This document shows, piece by piece, positions 28,132 through 43,361 of a stretch of DNA of 64,000 nucleotides. A model generated the notes under the pieces. The model was given only the letters and a program-made list of their open reading frames with translations. It searched no databases and had not been told where the DNA came from. This stretch comes from Eledone cirrhosa (Eukaryota): NCBI GenBank assembly GCA_964016885.1, contig OZ024742.1:34658001-34722000 (forward strand), given 5' to 3'. The position numbers were made by a program, and so were the translations under genes. Every line of letters begins with the position of its first letter. The first letter of the stretch is position 1.

Positions 28132-29185
28132 TGATTTCTACGCTCCAATTTTGTTATAGTCCAGAGCTCAGCCGTCGGGGTTCTGACTCTTTCCCTATAT
28201 ATGTATATGAGGTGTGTGTTGCTGCAGATGATGTGAAAGAGAGTGAGAGAAATATGTATGTATATGTGTGTACAGATATTTGTGTGATGGCAATTAAGAA
28301 AAGTTAAGCTTGCCTTTTGGAGTTGATAAAACCAGTCAAAATACAGCGTCAATATAATCATCTTACCCACTTTGATAATGGACCATATGACCGCAGTCTA
28401 ATAGTTAAAAATAGTGAAAGGATAGAAGTTAAAGATATTTGTCTTATCAATTAACGATTTCTTACCTGCTGACTAGTTTAATTTTGTATTTTGTAATATA
28501 GTTCCTTGAAATAGCTCTGTAGGGCTGCCGTGGGAGGGGGATTGCGGGAAGTTGGGGGACGCCTGACCGGAAGCAGGGAAACGGGGGTGATCGTGAAAAG
28601 CCCTCTCTTAGCTGAGGGGGATATAGAGCTACCGTGGGAGGAGGATTACCGGAAGCTGGGGGACGCCTGACCAAAAGCAGGTGGACGGGGGCGACTCGAA
28701 ACATCAGGCCGTGAACAGCCCTCTCTTAGCTGTTGGCCCTGCAAGGTGACGGGTGTGCGAAGACAGACGCTAGTGGAAGTACCCCACGTGGAAGGTTGGA
28801 ACCAGCGATAGAGAGACGCAAAGTAAGTCCGAATGCCTCCGGCTACAAGCTCATAGTAGCAGCTTCATAAACTGATGAGAAAGTGTGCTAATCGTTTGTC
28901 CATTGTAACAGTGGAGTTATGGAGTTTACATATGGATTAAGTACATTACATAAGTTTAATATAATTAACAAACATCTAAATAAAGAAAGAGAATCTTTAT
29001 TATATTTCAAAATAAACTAACCTCAAGCACAATGAGAAATCTTTATTTCTACAGAGATTTCTGTACATTTTTCAATCAAGAATTTTGCAGATGTTCCATT
29101 GTAGTTCATATGACACGCACACACACATACGCACATGTATGTATTTTTGTATGTATATGTATATATAGACACACACACACATATA

Positions 29186-29428
<243 letters not shown>

Positions 29429-29435
29429 TTATATA

Positions 29436-29686
<251 letters not shown>

Positions 29687-29742
29687 GCATTAGAACATGA
29701 TGTAGTGTTGATATGAATATCCCATATGGGTTCCTCTTCCCC

Positions 29743-29833
<91 letters not shown>

Positions 29834-29854
29834 CGTGCATGTGTGTGGAGTGTC

Positions 29855-30430
29855 CAAGGCAAATTGCAGAGCAGTGGACACGTCCTATATGAGGAATCTT
29901 AATCCGATAAAATGGTTCAGGTCTAAGGAGACCAAGGAAGAGGCCGTGAATATCTGACGCCTCTTCCACATTTAAAAAATCATCTCGGTTATCTTGAATG
30001 TCAGTGTGGGTTGAAACAGTCTTGTTCCGTTTTGTAAAATGTATTTCAGAAACCCTAACAATGGGAGTGTCAATAGACTTTATCTGACGTCAATTTTAAT
30101 ACCACCACCTGGACATTGTTGTTCTTTAGCAAAGTACTCTCAGCTGCAAGCATTAAGGGTCATGTCTATTGTTTAAGGATTCCTTTCTCCCTACATCTTA
30201 CCATTGCGCTCTTTCTTTAAGAAAAACTCATTCATCTGTCGCCCAATATAACACCACGACATGGCTTGTGGGTACCTTAAACAGAATCCACTCTTCTACC
30301 AGCATTCAGGACAGGTTTCCGGTTTGGTGATATCTGCCTCTTTTTAACAAGATTGGTGCTCTGAAAATAATCACGGTCACTGCTGTTTCTTCCTTGACAA
30401 ATTTGTGTAAACAAAAAAGCCAACATCAAA
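29855..30430 (-). pseudogene. Possible highly degenerate Tc1/mariner transposase
   Basis: The minus strand resembles SPDLN (TCTCCT-AGACCTGAAC) and GGIK motifs across frameshifts. Confidence 0.25.
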
Positions 30431-31185
30431 TAATATGTCCCATACCAGACTTGAATTGATAAGTACTGGGGGGCGATATGTTCAACTAAATCTCTTTGAA
30501 GGTGATGCCCTAGCTCACCTTAAAATTCATTCGGTTTTCAGGAAATAGTTTCGACATGTTAATAACTGAAACCAGTAAGAGAAGAAATGTGTATGAGACT
30601 TGAATTTCCAGCGTGGTTTTGATTCACAAATCTCTGAGCTTCGAAAGTCTCGTCCATAACTTGAAAACAAGACTTGATAAATATCATACTGAGTGAGTGA
30701 AAAAATGTTTGTTATATGGAAATACATAAAACAAACCTATGCTAAACAGACAGCGGTACATAATCATGCAGAGAGGGAGAGAAAGAGCAAGAGAGAGAGA
30801 GAGAGAGGGGGGAGGGGTTAGAGGGAAAGGAAGATAGAAGAGAGAGGAGTGTAGTAATGCAAAATACAACACAAGCAGGTACACGTGTATTTGTGTACAA
30901 TCAGCTGAAAAAGCGCAGCGAATAGACAGAGAGCAGCAGAAAACTGAAAGAAAATATGTGGGTTAGCATTAAGTTAGAGTATCGGTTATATTTAGCATTT
31001 ACTTACATATTTCCCTATTGTATTGTGGTCAGTCACACAGTATGCTAATTATCAGAATACGTTTATGTTATTGCACATCAAATCATAATCGCACACATTC
31101 AATAAATATATATGTAAGTACATGCAGATGTACCTGTGTGTGTGTAATGCCTAGATGTGCGCGTATACACATACACACACACACA

Positions 31186-31238
<53 letters not shown>

Positions 31239-31312
31239 TGCAAAGAAATACACAGACACATGCGAATACATGCATATACCCATATATATCCCTGAATTTG
31301 ATCTTTATAATG

Positions 31313-31377
<65 letters not shown>

Positions 31378-31381
<4 letters not shown>

Positions 31382-31548
31382 AAAAGAGTCAGGACCCTGA
31401 CGGCTGAGCTCCGTTCGGATCTAGCTGTTGAAACGGCCGGAGCTCAATCGTCGGGGTCCTGACTCTTTTCCTATTACCCACTCTACTACCCTAAGTATTG
31501 AGTACTCTGGTGCGTTATGGTCTAACTGGTATCTTACCATGCCCTCTC

Positions 31549-31631
<83 letters not shown>

Positions 31632-31820
31632 AGTAAGTAAGAACCCGACGGCTGAGCTCAAGCCGTTTCGACGGCTAATTCTGTACAGAATTAGCCGTCG
31701 AAACGGCTTGAGCTCAGCCGTCGGGGTCTTACTTACTCCTATTACCCACTCTACTACCCTAAGTATTGAGTACTTTGGTGCGTTATGGTCCACCTGGTTC
31801 CTTACCACTTTTCCTTCGCT
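31378..31820 (+). mobile_element. Two family A hairpin+tail elements (31378-31553, 31628-31820) in one (TA)n tract
   Basis: Each has a ~45-55 bp stem and the shared ~80-nt tail; they are separated by (TA)n. Confidence 0.85.
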
Positions 31821-31871
31821 ATATATATATATATATATATATTAGAGAGTGACAGAGAAGAGAGAGAGAGA

Positions 31872-31961
<90 letters not shown>

Positions 31962-32860
31962 AATTATGTCTTTGTAACCTTGCATTTACATAGGTTCTAC
32001 TCCATCTCTCTCTTAACATGTATATATGTTTGTGTGTTTTATATAGACATATGTTTGTCTCTAGTCACGGGTATTTGCACATTTCTATTAAAAGCTTCTC
32101 GTTGTTACTTCCTAATTAGCCAAATCTTTTATAGCCTTCTGAAGTCCAGTTTCTCAAGATTAGCACTGAGACAATTAATAGCATAGTCAACTGTCCTAAT
32201 AATTTTAGCGTTACATCTAAAGCTATAGACTAACTGAAGTAATTGCGGATTTCTTATAGATACTTTTCTTTTTTTACTCATCTTTAATATTGTTAACAAC
32301 GTCTAATTTCCATTACTGGGCATACTTTATTTTCTTTATCCTAGAGCATTATGTCTGACCTGTTTATGCATAGATAGATGGCATTGTAGGTGGCACATGT
32401 GAGAGCTAAAGTGAATCATATCGTCGGGGTTAATTCAACAGTCTGCATCGGTTTTATGTGCACTCGTATGGTTAAGGGTGACAGCAGCGATTCTTTTCTT
32501 AAACTTTAATCTGTTATTTTAATAAATATTTGCTCTAGGGTTTTTATATATTTAATATATGTTTATTCTTATCGAGCCCTCTTTGGATTTTAGTCTTCAA
32601 ATTTATTATTATTACTATATATATACCGCCTTTAAATATATATATATAATCGGTTATACTAAATATACACTGTGGATACAATGCATGTCTATTCCACTGC
32701 AGTTGTTTTACATCACTTAGAGGCTGAAGAGAGAAACAAGCTGTGTTCTTTAACCAGCTAACGGATTACGTCTACCTTCAATAAAAACGAATGGGTCCAT
32801 TTGAGAGTCTTCTAAACAGTTTCCGTCTACCAAATTCCAATAACAAGGCTTTAGCCTCAC

Positions 32861-33183
32861 CAGAGACTATTCCGTTGCAAGTATTCGGGTAATGTCCTTA
32901 CCTCATCCTACAATCTCTGAGGCCCTGAAAATGGGCCTCGTGCACTCTCTATTACAATAGGATAAAAATGTACATAACACATGAATACACATACATACAT
33001 ATGCACATATGTGTGGGTGTGCGTGTGTGCATATGTATGTGTACTCATGTATTATGTAAATTTTTATCCTATTGTAATAGAGAGTGCACGAGGCCCATTT
33101 TCAGGGCCTCAGAGATTGTAGGATGAGGTAAGGAATCCTCAAAGGGAAGACATTAACCGGATACTTGCAACGGAATAGTCTCT
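32861..33183. repeat. ~320-bp fold-back (MITE-like) palindrome
   Basis: CAGAGACTATTCCGTTGCAAGTA... is inverted to ...TACTTGCAACGGAATAGTCTCTG; no clear TSD. Confidence 0.72.
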
Positions 33184-33234
33184 GATACAGAAGGAGAGCG
33201 AAAAAGAAAGAAATGAAAAATAGAAGTTAAAGAA

Positions 33235-33299
<65 letters not shown>

Positions 33300-34667
33300 A
33301 AGAGAGAGAGAGAGGGGGGGATAAGTGTGAAATATGTAACAATTAAAAATAAATTGTATTTTAAATATAAAGAAAAGAAAACGTGAATATGCCAAGACAG
33401 AGAGAATGGGCAAATTGGAAGAATAAAGTAATTAACATGAATGACTAAAATTAATGAAGATGAAAATATAATTACATGAGAAAAGAAAGGCCCAACGTAT
33501 AAAGGAATGTAGGGAGACATACAGACGGAATTAACGAATACAAGAATGAACAAAATATAGAATTGTGAATGAATAATTTGCATGAATGATGAAAACTGGT
33601 GAAGTATATGTATAATCTCATCGTGCTACAGAGGTTAACGCTAGAAACGTATCTACGGATGTATGAGTTTACTGGTCGGGAGAACGAATATAAAAACGAA
33701 CGAAATAAATGTATAGGGGAATAAAGGAATGAACAATTCTCTTAATAAGCAAGCGAAAGAAAAACTTAGGCTAACTGACGAGGAAGCCCCTACGGAGATG
33801 CTTAACATGCTAGATAAAGCAACAAATTCTTCCTCGCTTCATATATACATGCAACCTGCAACGTTTTAGGAAAGTACACATTTGAATATGTAATCTTGGG
33901 TACGAATGTGTCTTAGAAAAAAGATGGAATGGTCACGGACGGTTTGCTTGCTAAATCAAGAAATGGTTGGTGCTTAACTCGTTGGGATATCTTTGACTAT
34001 ACCTTTGTCTGCATAATCAACACAGGTTGGTGCTAAACAATACCGGAACTCTCGAGCCAATAAAACAAAAACAGGACAGTCATGGTTGGAATATACTTGG
34101 TCATAGGTCTAAGTGATCAAACTAATTTGGGAACGAACTGACGCCACTGACAATACCACCACAACAACACAAAACTGCACCACCACCACCACCACCACTA
34201 TCATCAACAACAACAACAACAATAATAAAAAAACAACCTTACGAATGACCATTCAAATTCACCAAATAAACATAAGGAATGAACATTGAAATCTTAAAAT
34301 GAAAGAAAACTGAATGAACGAAGGAACGAGTGGGCGAATGAGTAACAATATAAATGTACAATAATAATAATAATTGTGTCTACTTTTAGCACAAGGCCAG
34401 CAATTACTCCAGCGCATTACTGGTACTTTATTTTATCGACCCTGTCGGGATGAAAGGCAAAGTTAACCTCAGTAATAATAATTGTTTCTACTTTTGGCAT
34501 AAGGCCAGCAATTTGAAGGGATGGGAAAGTCGATTAAATCAACCCCAGTGCATTACTGGTACTTTATTTTATCGACCCCTTAAGGATGTAAGGCAAAGCT
34601 AACCTCGGTGGGATTAGAACTCATTAGAGTTTGGTAGAAGTAGTAACACAACAGTTCGTTCACCATA

Positions 34668-34707
34668 CCGAGAACAATTATTTCACCTTAGCGGATCTTC
34701 AGCTCGG
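34668..34707 (-). ncRNA. Minimal type I hammerhead ribozyme (family F)
   Basis: Minus strand CCGAG-CTGAAGA-T-CC(GCTAA)GG-T-GAAA-TAATTG-TT-CTCGG. Confidence 0.72.
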
Positions 34708-34879
34708 ACTAAAATAACAGATTAAAGTTTAAGAAAAGAATCGCTGCTTCACCCTTAACAGGATCTTCTCTATTTGCTCTACGGTTTTTATATATATTTA
34801 TATTATCCTTATGGAGCCCTCTTCGGATTTTAGACTTTACATTTATTATTATTACTATATATATATATATATATATATA

Positions 34880-34967
<88 letters not shown>

Positions 34968-35330
34968 GGCGTTCGTGTATGGGCGCTCGTGTATGTGTGT
35001 GAAGTTAAAACGTCATTAGCAATATAACTGTCTTATTTTATTTGAAAGATACAACATTCCTTCCCATATATCGATAGCTCGGCCTTATGGTCCTTATACA
35101 CGACAAAACAGGAATGAACGTGATGGAGAGGATGGATTAGTAAAAGGAACGAAGGACGCAATGAAAGACTTATGAACTGAATGAAGAGATGAAGGAGAGA
35201 ACGAATGAACGAATTTATGAATGAATTGCTTGATGAATGCATAAATGCACTTTTAAGAATTCGAAATTCTCAACTAATACTATTTATATAATGGAGTACA
35301 TGAGACTTGGTGTGTATTACTTAAACCAAC

Positions 35331-35415
<85 letters not shown>

Positions 35416-35426
35416 GTAGCAGCAGT

Positions 35427-35473
<47 letters not shown>

Positions 35474-35485
35474 TAGTGATGATGA
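35331..35485. repeat. (TAG)n/(CAG)n trinucleotide microsatellite
   Basis: Seen directly in the sequence. Confidence 0.95.
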
Positions 35486-35629
35486 TAAGCGCTCATAAAT
35501 ACAATAAAATAACCGTTTAGTACAAGTGGTGTTTACAGCGGTAGAGTTGATAGTGTTGATGATGATGCTTATATTTTTTAGTCGCAAGGGCTCTCAAGAT
35601 GTTTGGGGCGTTACAAAATCACAATTCTA

Positions 35630-36241
35630 ACGAAAACAAGAAACAATAATTGTTTCTACTTTGGGCACAAGGCCAGCAATTATCTCAGTGTATTACTGGT
35701 ACCTTATTTTATCGACCCTGTAAGGACGATCGGCAAAGCTAACCCCGGTGGGATTAGAAATCAGAACATAAAGGGCCATAGCTCTATGCTGCAAAGCACG
35801 GTGTCTGACGCTCTACCGAGTCTGCCAATCCACCTCCCAAGCAACAACAATAATAATTGTTTCTACTTTTGGCACAAGGCTAGCAATTATCCCAGTACAT
35901 TACTGGTACTTTATTTTATTGACCCCGTAAGGATGAATGGCAAAGTTATCCTCGGCGGGATTTGAACTCAGATCATAAAGGACCGTAACTCTATGCTACA
36001 AAGCATGGCGTCCGACCCTCTACCGATACTGCCAATCCACCGCCCTTCTGAAAACAAGAAACAATAATTGTTTCTACCTTTGGCACAAGGCCAGCAATTA
36101 ACCAGTGCATTACTGGTACTTTATTTTATCGACCCCGTAAGGATGAAAGGCAAAGTTAACCTCAGCGGGATTTGAACTCAAACCGAAAAGGGACGTAACT
36201 ATGCTAGAAAGCATGGCGTCCAACCCTCTACCGATACTGCC

Positions 36242-36245
<4 letters not shown>
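35630..36245 (-). mobile_element. Three tandem copies of SINE family 2
   Basis: About 205-bp units with B box GAGTTCAAATCC and core TTTGCCTTTCATCCTTACGGGGTCGATAAAATAAAGTACCAG on the minus strand. Confidence 0.82.
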
Positions 36246-36279
<34 letters not shown>

Positions 36280-36720
36280 GGGTAATGAAAGAGGGTATGC
36301 CTGCTAATTGATATGTCCGTTCCAATAGACAAGAATCTATCTATAAAAACATTTGAAAAATTGAGCAAGTATAAGGACCTGGAGATAGAATTTGGAAAAA
36401 TGTGGAAATTGAGAACTAAAACAATACCAGTGGTTGTAAGCGCTCTAGGAATGATACCTAAGGGGTCTAATGATTACTTATCGCAAATCCCAGGAAACCC
36501 GCGTATAGGAGAAATACAAAAGATAGTACTAATGGGAACTGCCCATATACTAAGGAAGATTCTGTCAATATAAGTACATCACAAGTCTAAACACCTAAAG
36601 ACGCATGTGTGAGTATGTATGTTCTTTCTTGAACATGGCGGACCTTGTTGTCTCTTGAGGTCACTGGTTGTGACTTGGTGATAACTCGTATGAACATAAA
36701 GCAAGATAAATGCAACTATA
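36280..36720 (+). mobile_element. 3' end of R4/Dong-clade LINE (restriction-like endonuclease C-terminus + 3' UTR) in (TAA)n
   Basis: SVPIDKN...EKLSKYKDLEIE..KMWKL...IPVVVSALG...IQKIVLMGTAHILRKIL; (TAA)n on both sides. Confidence 0.8.
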
Positions 36721-37490
36721 ATAATAATATAATAATAATAAAAAAAATTATTGTGTACAGTGCTCAAGTGCACTACAACACATCAAAAGTGCATGTATAG
36801 CAAATAGAATAATATACAAATGTCAGGGAAGTGAATAATGTATGAGTCATGATATACATGTGTGCGTGTGTATAGAGGGGGATATCAGGTGTAGTGTTGG
36901 CGAATCTCAGGAAGCATGCAATTTTTTTCATGGTACTCCCTGTTTGGGTTTTTAGAGGTTGGCAGGTCTGCCTTTTATAAAATTTACTTAAGGTGGGTCA
37001 ACACCTCACTTACTGATTTTTTTTTAAATCTTAATTTGCCACAAGGGGAAATGAGGGGAAATGTTCGAGGCAGGTTACAAAATGTTGAGTGTAGGATTGA
37101 AATTTAGCGAAATGAAATGAAAGGCAAAATTAAAATAGTAAAAGGTCCCATGAGGAGGACTGTCACTTTGGACAAGCTAAGGAAGCGCTCAGATCTAGGA
37201 TTACTTTTAGGAATATCCTAGATACGAAAGGCATGTGTCATTTCACAGCTGCCATTCCCCATATGGAAAAAGGTCAATTTTTACGAGCCATGGTCACCAT
37301 TTTCACCCATTTTGCCAAAATAAAAAATTTCTAGAGGACAGCAACTCACCCTTACCCCCCCCCTCTCTCTCTCTCTTCACCTTATTCTCTACTGATAATA
37401 ACAATGAGAAAAATTGGTTTTCCTTTTAGCAACAACTTCAACACAATTTCGCAAACGTTTCATTAAAACATCTCAATATCTTGAGTGTAT

Positions 37491-37587
<97 letters not shown>

Positions 37588-37612
37588 TACACACACACAT
37601 ATATATATATAT

Positions 37613-37912
37613 GTAACGAAGGAAGTGTGGTAAGGAACCAGATGGACCATAACGCACCAGAGTAGTCAATACTTAAGGTAGTAGAGTGGGTTATATATAT
37701 ATATATAGCAGTAGATGTGACATAATCACAGCTTAAAACATTCATAGCGAGACTTAAATATAGTTATTATACATAAATATATCATATATGCCTACATAAA
37801 CACCTCTTTCACCGTCTTTCTCCCCTCTCTCTCTCTCCATCTCTCTCACTCACACACTTTCTCTCCCCCTCTCTCACCCCTCTCTCTCTTTCTCTTTCTC
37901 TCACTGTATACA

Positions 37913-37953
<41 letters not shown>

Positions 37954-38143
37954 CGAAGGAAAAGTGGTAAGGAACCAGGTGGACCATAACGCACCAAAGT
38001 ACTCAATACTTAGGGTAGTAGAGTGGGTAATAGGAACGAGTAGGACCCCGACGGCTGAGCTCAAGCCGTTTCGACGGCTAATTCTGGACTCCAGAATTAG
38101 CTGTCGAAACGGCTTGAGCTCAGCCGTCGGGGTCCTACTCGTT

Positions 38144-38146
<3 letters not shown>
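37613..38146 (-). mobile_element. Family A tail-only copy (37613-37692) and full hairpin copy (37951-38146)
   Basis: Reverse complement of the family A tail and hairpin; (TA)n flanks. Confidence 0.82.
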
Positions 38147-38193
<47 letters not shown>

Positions 38194-39061
38194 TATTGAA
38201 GTTTCCGTTGAAAATTGAAAAAGTCATTGGAGTGAAGAGTGCTCTATGTAAGTACCAGAGCTAAATTTAATGTATAATAAACAATACAATATAATTACCT
38301 CATTACCAGAGGTTTCCCGAATAAGACGAATACAAGAAACGTCCTCATTCGTTCGTCAGACAAGGCAGTTTAAAACATAGTGAAATATTTGAAAAATCTC
38401 CTCAAGAAAGGCAAAAGTTTAACGGGCAAAAAAATATATAAATAAAAGCAATGTAAGAGATATATAAAAATAAAATAAGGAAATATAGTTAGGGTATGTG
38501 TATAAATGTGTGTGTATCCACTCACAAATGTATATATGTGTGTATGTACAAATGCATGTGTATAGTGAAAAAATGTGCGCGTAAGTACATATATGAGGGC
38601 AAACATATCAGTGTATGTGTGACCACAAATACGTATATAATATATGTTGAAAAACAAATTGTAAGATAATAGAGTTAACGTCCATCCAGACGTTTATATA
38701 TATATCCTGCGTCGCTATGACGATGATTGTTACAGTTGTTTCATTAACCTGCTCATGCAATTGATGTGTAAGTGGCTCAGCATTCCTAAGACACATGTAA
38801 CCTTCAGCTAATTCCGAAAAGAATATAGTGTGACACTAGGTTTAACATGGTTACCCCATTGAAATATACGTATAACTGATTTTTTTCAAATTGATTTGAT
38901 TGGAAGAACGTAATATAGATTGTCGTCCAAAGACACGGTTGGTAAATCGATCTCTCTTTTCGATCGGGAGCCTAACACAGCTTAACCACTAAGCCACGCA
39001 ATTTCACACATTATATATACACATATACATATATCTGTGTATGTGTGTGTGTGCGTGTATG

Positions 39062-39097
<36 letters not shown>

Positions 39098-39102
39098 CGC
39101 GC

Positions 39103-39146
<44 letters not shown>

Positions 39147-39368
39147 TATTGTATTTAATAGATATAGATATAACAGAAAGAAAAAACTGACAGGCTGGCT
39201 CCTTAATGCAGTTGTGTCTTATTTATATTATGTGTAAATATGTATTTATAATATGATTTCCTTCGAATGAAACAGTTCTAGTCCAGTAGAAGCCATTTCT
39301 ATATTAAATATTTATACTCTGCCATGTATTGAGTACCTTACTTACTATGGTTACCCCCGATTAAACCC

Positions 39369-39442
<74 letters not shown>

Positions 39443-39642
39443 GATGACAAGAGTATGGACCCCGACGGCTGAGCTCCGGCCGTTTCGACAGCTAGATCCG
39501 ACCATTCGGATCTAGCTATCGAAACGGCCGGAGCTCAGCCGTAGGAGTCTTGACTCTTTTCCTATTACCCACTCTACTACCCTAAGTATCGAGTACTCTG
39601 CTGTGTTATGGTCCACCTGGTTCCTTACCACACCCTCTTTGT

Positions 39643-39645
<3 letters not shown>
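39443..39645 (+). mobile_element. Family A hairpin+tail element
   Basis: CCCGACGGCTGAGCTCCGGCCGTTTCGA...TCGAAACGGCCGGAGCTCAGCCGT plus tail. Confidence 0.82.
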
Positions 39646-39700
<55 letters not shown>

Positions 39701-39805
39701 GATACATACACGCGCACACACATACACAAAAATATATATGTGTGTGTGTGTATGTATATATATGTATGTATATGTGTGTGTATGTGTGTGTGTATGTGTG
39801 TGTGT

Positions 39806-40115
39806 GAAGGAGCGGTCTAGTGGTTAGCCTATTGGACTCACAGTCGTCAGTTCAATTCCCCGTGGGGCGTTATGTCCTTGAGCAAGACACTTTATTTCAC
39901 GTTGTTCCAGTCCACTCTGCTGGCAAAAACGAGTTGTACCTGTAATTCAAAGGACCAGCCATGTCACATTCTGTGTCATGCTGAATCTCCCTGAGAACAA
40001 CGTTAAGGGTATGTGTCTCCGTGGAATGCTCAGTCACTTGCACTTTAATTTCACAAGCAGGCTGTTCCATTAATCGTATCAACTGGATCACTCTTTGCCG
40101 TAACCGACTGAGTGT
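39806..40115 (+). mobile_element. tRNA-derived SINE, family 1 variant with a different 3' part
   Basis: TAGTGGTTAG head and CCTTGAGCAAGACAC core. Degraded relatives at ~900-1150(-), 15988-16240(+), 21068-21230(+), 38715-39000(-) and 43585-43782(-). Confidence 0.75.
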
Positions 40116-40119
40116 TCGC

Positions 40120-40178
<59 letters not shown>

Positions 40179-40281
40179 GTGTAGGAGCGCGCGCGCGTAT
40201 GTGTGTGTGTGTATATACATTTATAAACAAGAGGAATAAGTCAACATTTCATAATTTACTTCTTTCATTACCGTCCAATAT

Positions 40282-40425
<144 letters not shown>

Positions 40426-40736
40426 TTTCCATAGATGTATATGTATGTATACATGTGTATATATATATGTGTGTGTGTGTGTATGTTCGTATGTGTATGC
40501 ATGTAGGAATGAATGTATGTTTACATGTATGCATATATATATGTAAGTATGCATGTATGCATGTATACTTATAGAAATGTAAACAAACAAACATATAGAC
40601 ACAAAGCAATGAATGAACGTAAATATAATATATATATATGTATATATATATATATACATACATACATATATATATATATACATATATACATATAGTTATA
40701 TATATATATATTATATATAGATATATATATATATAC

Positions 40737-40802
<66 letters not shown>

Positions 40803-40827
40803 ATAAATATATGTACATACATATATT

Positions 40828-40882
<55 letters not shown>

Positions 40883-40889
40883 TATATAC

Positions 40890-40954
<65 letters not shown>

Positions 40955-41862
40955 AATTATTGTTATACTTTGGGAGGGTCATGTTGCCAATAAACAAATT
41001 CAGAAACGAAATATAAACAATTAATTAATAAAAAATAGGTAACTGACCATTTTTTGAATCCTGCATTGTGGCACGTAGATAGGACGATATAGAAAAGAGA
41101 TGAATAATAAGAATAATAATAAGAATAGTATAGGAACATATATAAGGGTAAGAGGAGTCCATGAGCTGACATTGCTGTATATACATCCCAGCTCGGCGAC
41201 GTTTCATAAGAAAATATTGAAGTATATCCAAACATTGACTTGCCTAAGCTGGTTACTAGACTGGGCCTTGTATCACAAACATACACACACACACACACTC
41301 TCACATACACCCTTACACTCTCTCTCTCTCTATCTCTCTCTCTCTGTCTCTATCTCTCTCTCTCTCTATCTCTCTCTCTCTCTCTCTCTCCCTCTCTCTC
41401 TCTTTCTTTTTCTCTTATTTCCTTACAAACACATTATTGTGCACATACACGTAACCGCATCCACAAACATACACACACACAGACACTCCCTTCCTCTCAC
41501 TCTCTATCTCTCTCTCTCTATTTCTGTCTCTCCCCTCTCTCCCCCTTTCTGTCTCTCCCCCCTCTCTGTCTCTCTTTCTTTCTTTCTTTCCCACTTATTT
41601 CCTTACAAACACCTTAGTGTGCACATACACGGAATCACATCCACACATTCGTATTATATAAGGAATAAACGATAGGTGCATGTATACAATTGTCTAACAG
41701 TACTTGAGTGTGTGTGCGTTTATTTGTGTGTCTATGTGTGTGTGTGTGTATGCGTGTATGTGTGTGTGTATGTGTGTTTCTATGTTTATGTCTGTCTATG
41801 GGGATTGTATGCGTTTTTATGAATGACTCAACGGGAAAGATGTGTATTTGCTTACATGTGTG

Positions 41863-41904
<42 letters not shown>

Positions 41905-42173
41905 CATCGCAAACACTCTCTGCCTCACTTAGTTAATTTCGCAGACACTCTCACACATACACATGCATATACACACATGCATATACACACATGCATACCC
42001 CTATACATGCACATGAGGTATACACGATATATGTGCATGCGTATAATTATGTAAATCTGCGTGTACTTATATGTAAGAGCGTGTTTATGATTTTCTGTTA
42101 ATGAAAATTTATGAATAAGTGATTGGTTTATTTGCTTACAAATGTACGTATATACGCATGCACACATATCCTC

Positions 42174-42252
<79 letters not shown>

Positions 42253-42254
42253 TA

Positions 42255-42448
42255 TAGGAAAATGTTTAACCCCGACAGCAGAGCTCAAGCCGTTTCGACG
42301 GCTATTTCTGGAGTCCAGAAATACCCTTCGAAACGGCTTGAGCTCTGCCGTCGAGGTTAAACATTTTCCTATTACCCACTCTACTACCCGAAGTATTGAG
42401 TACTCTGGTTCGTTATGGTCCATCTGGTTCCTTACCACAATTCCTTTG

Positions 42449-42451
<3 letters not shown>
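42255..42451 (+). mobile_element. Family A hairpin+tail element (a deleted relative is at 45549-45680)
   Basis: GGAAAATGTTTAACC...GGTTAAACATTTTCC plus tail in (TA)n. Confidence 0.82.
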
Positions 42452-42512
<61 letters not shown>

Positions 42513-42580
42513 GTAACATAAATTCCCGCCGTTGTTATAAAATTTCTTAATAAAAAACGGCGGGAATATATGTTACAACC

Positions 42581-42612
<32 letters not shown>

Positions 42613-42639
42613 TAATATATATATATATATTAACTTGAA

Positions 42640-42707
<68 letters not shown>

Positions 42708-43361
42708 TATACATATATATATACATACACTTCCACACATATACACACGTCTTCACACAAACACACGCACATATAAGATATATTTGATGTTTACAATTGT
42801 GTGAGTGTAAGCGTATTTATGTGTGTGTGTCTGTTTTTGCATATTTATGAATGAGTGAACGGAAAAATGTGTATATGTATATAAGTGTGTGAATATGTCA
42901 TATATGTGTATGTGTTATACATCCAAGATTGAAGTTATATATATTAAGAGCGTGTATAATTAGTTATATATTCAGTGAATATATTTCTGGGGCTCCGCCT
43001 CGAGTCGATCATATCAACTGTAGTACTTATTTACGGGGCATAAATGCAGACAGACACATATGTAAACACAAACACGAATGTAGACACAGACAGATAGACA
43101 TAAAAGAGATACACACACACACACACACACATATATCCCACCCACAGACACACACACATGCACACACACACACACAAACATATATATCCCCCCCACACAT
43201 ACACATGCACACACGCACATATATATATCGCCCCTACACACACACACAAACACACACTGATATATCCCCCCCACATACTCACACACATGCGCATACACAC
43301 ACACATATATACCTCCCCACACACACACACATATATATATGTGTGTGTGCATGTGTGTGTA

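Noticed and set aside
31378-31820. CRISPR-like palindromic repeats
   Set aside because: Eukaryotic context, irregular spacing, separated by (TA)n rather than unique spacers, and no cas genes.
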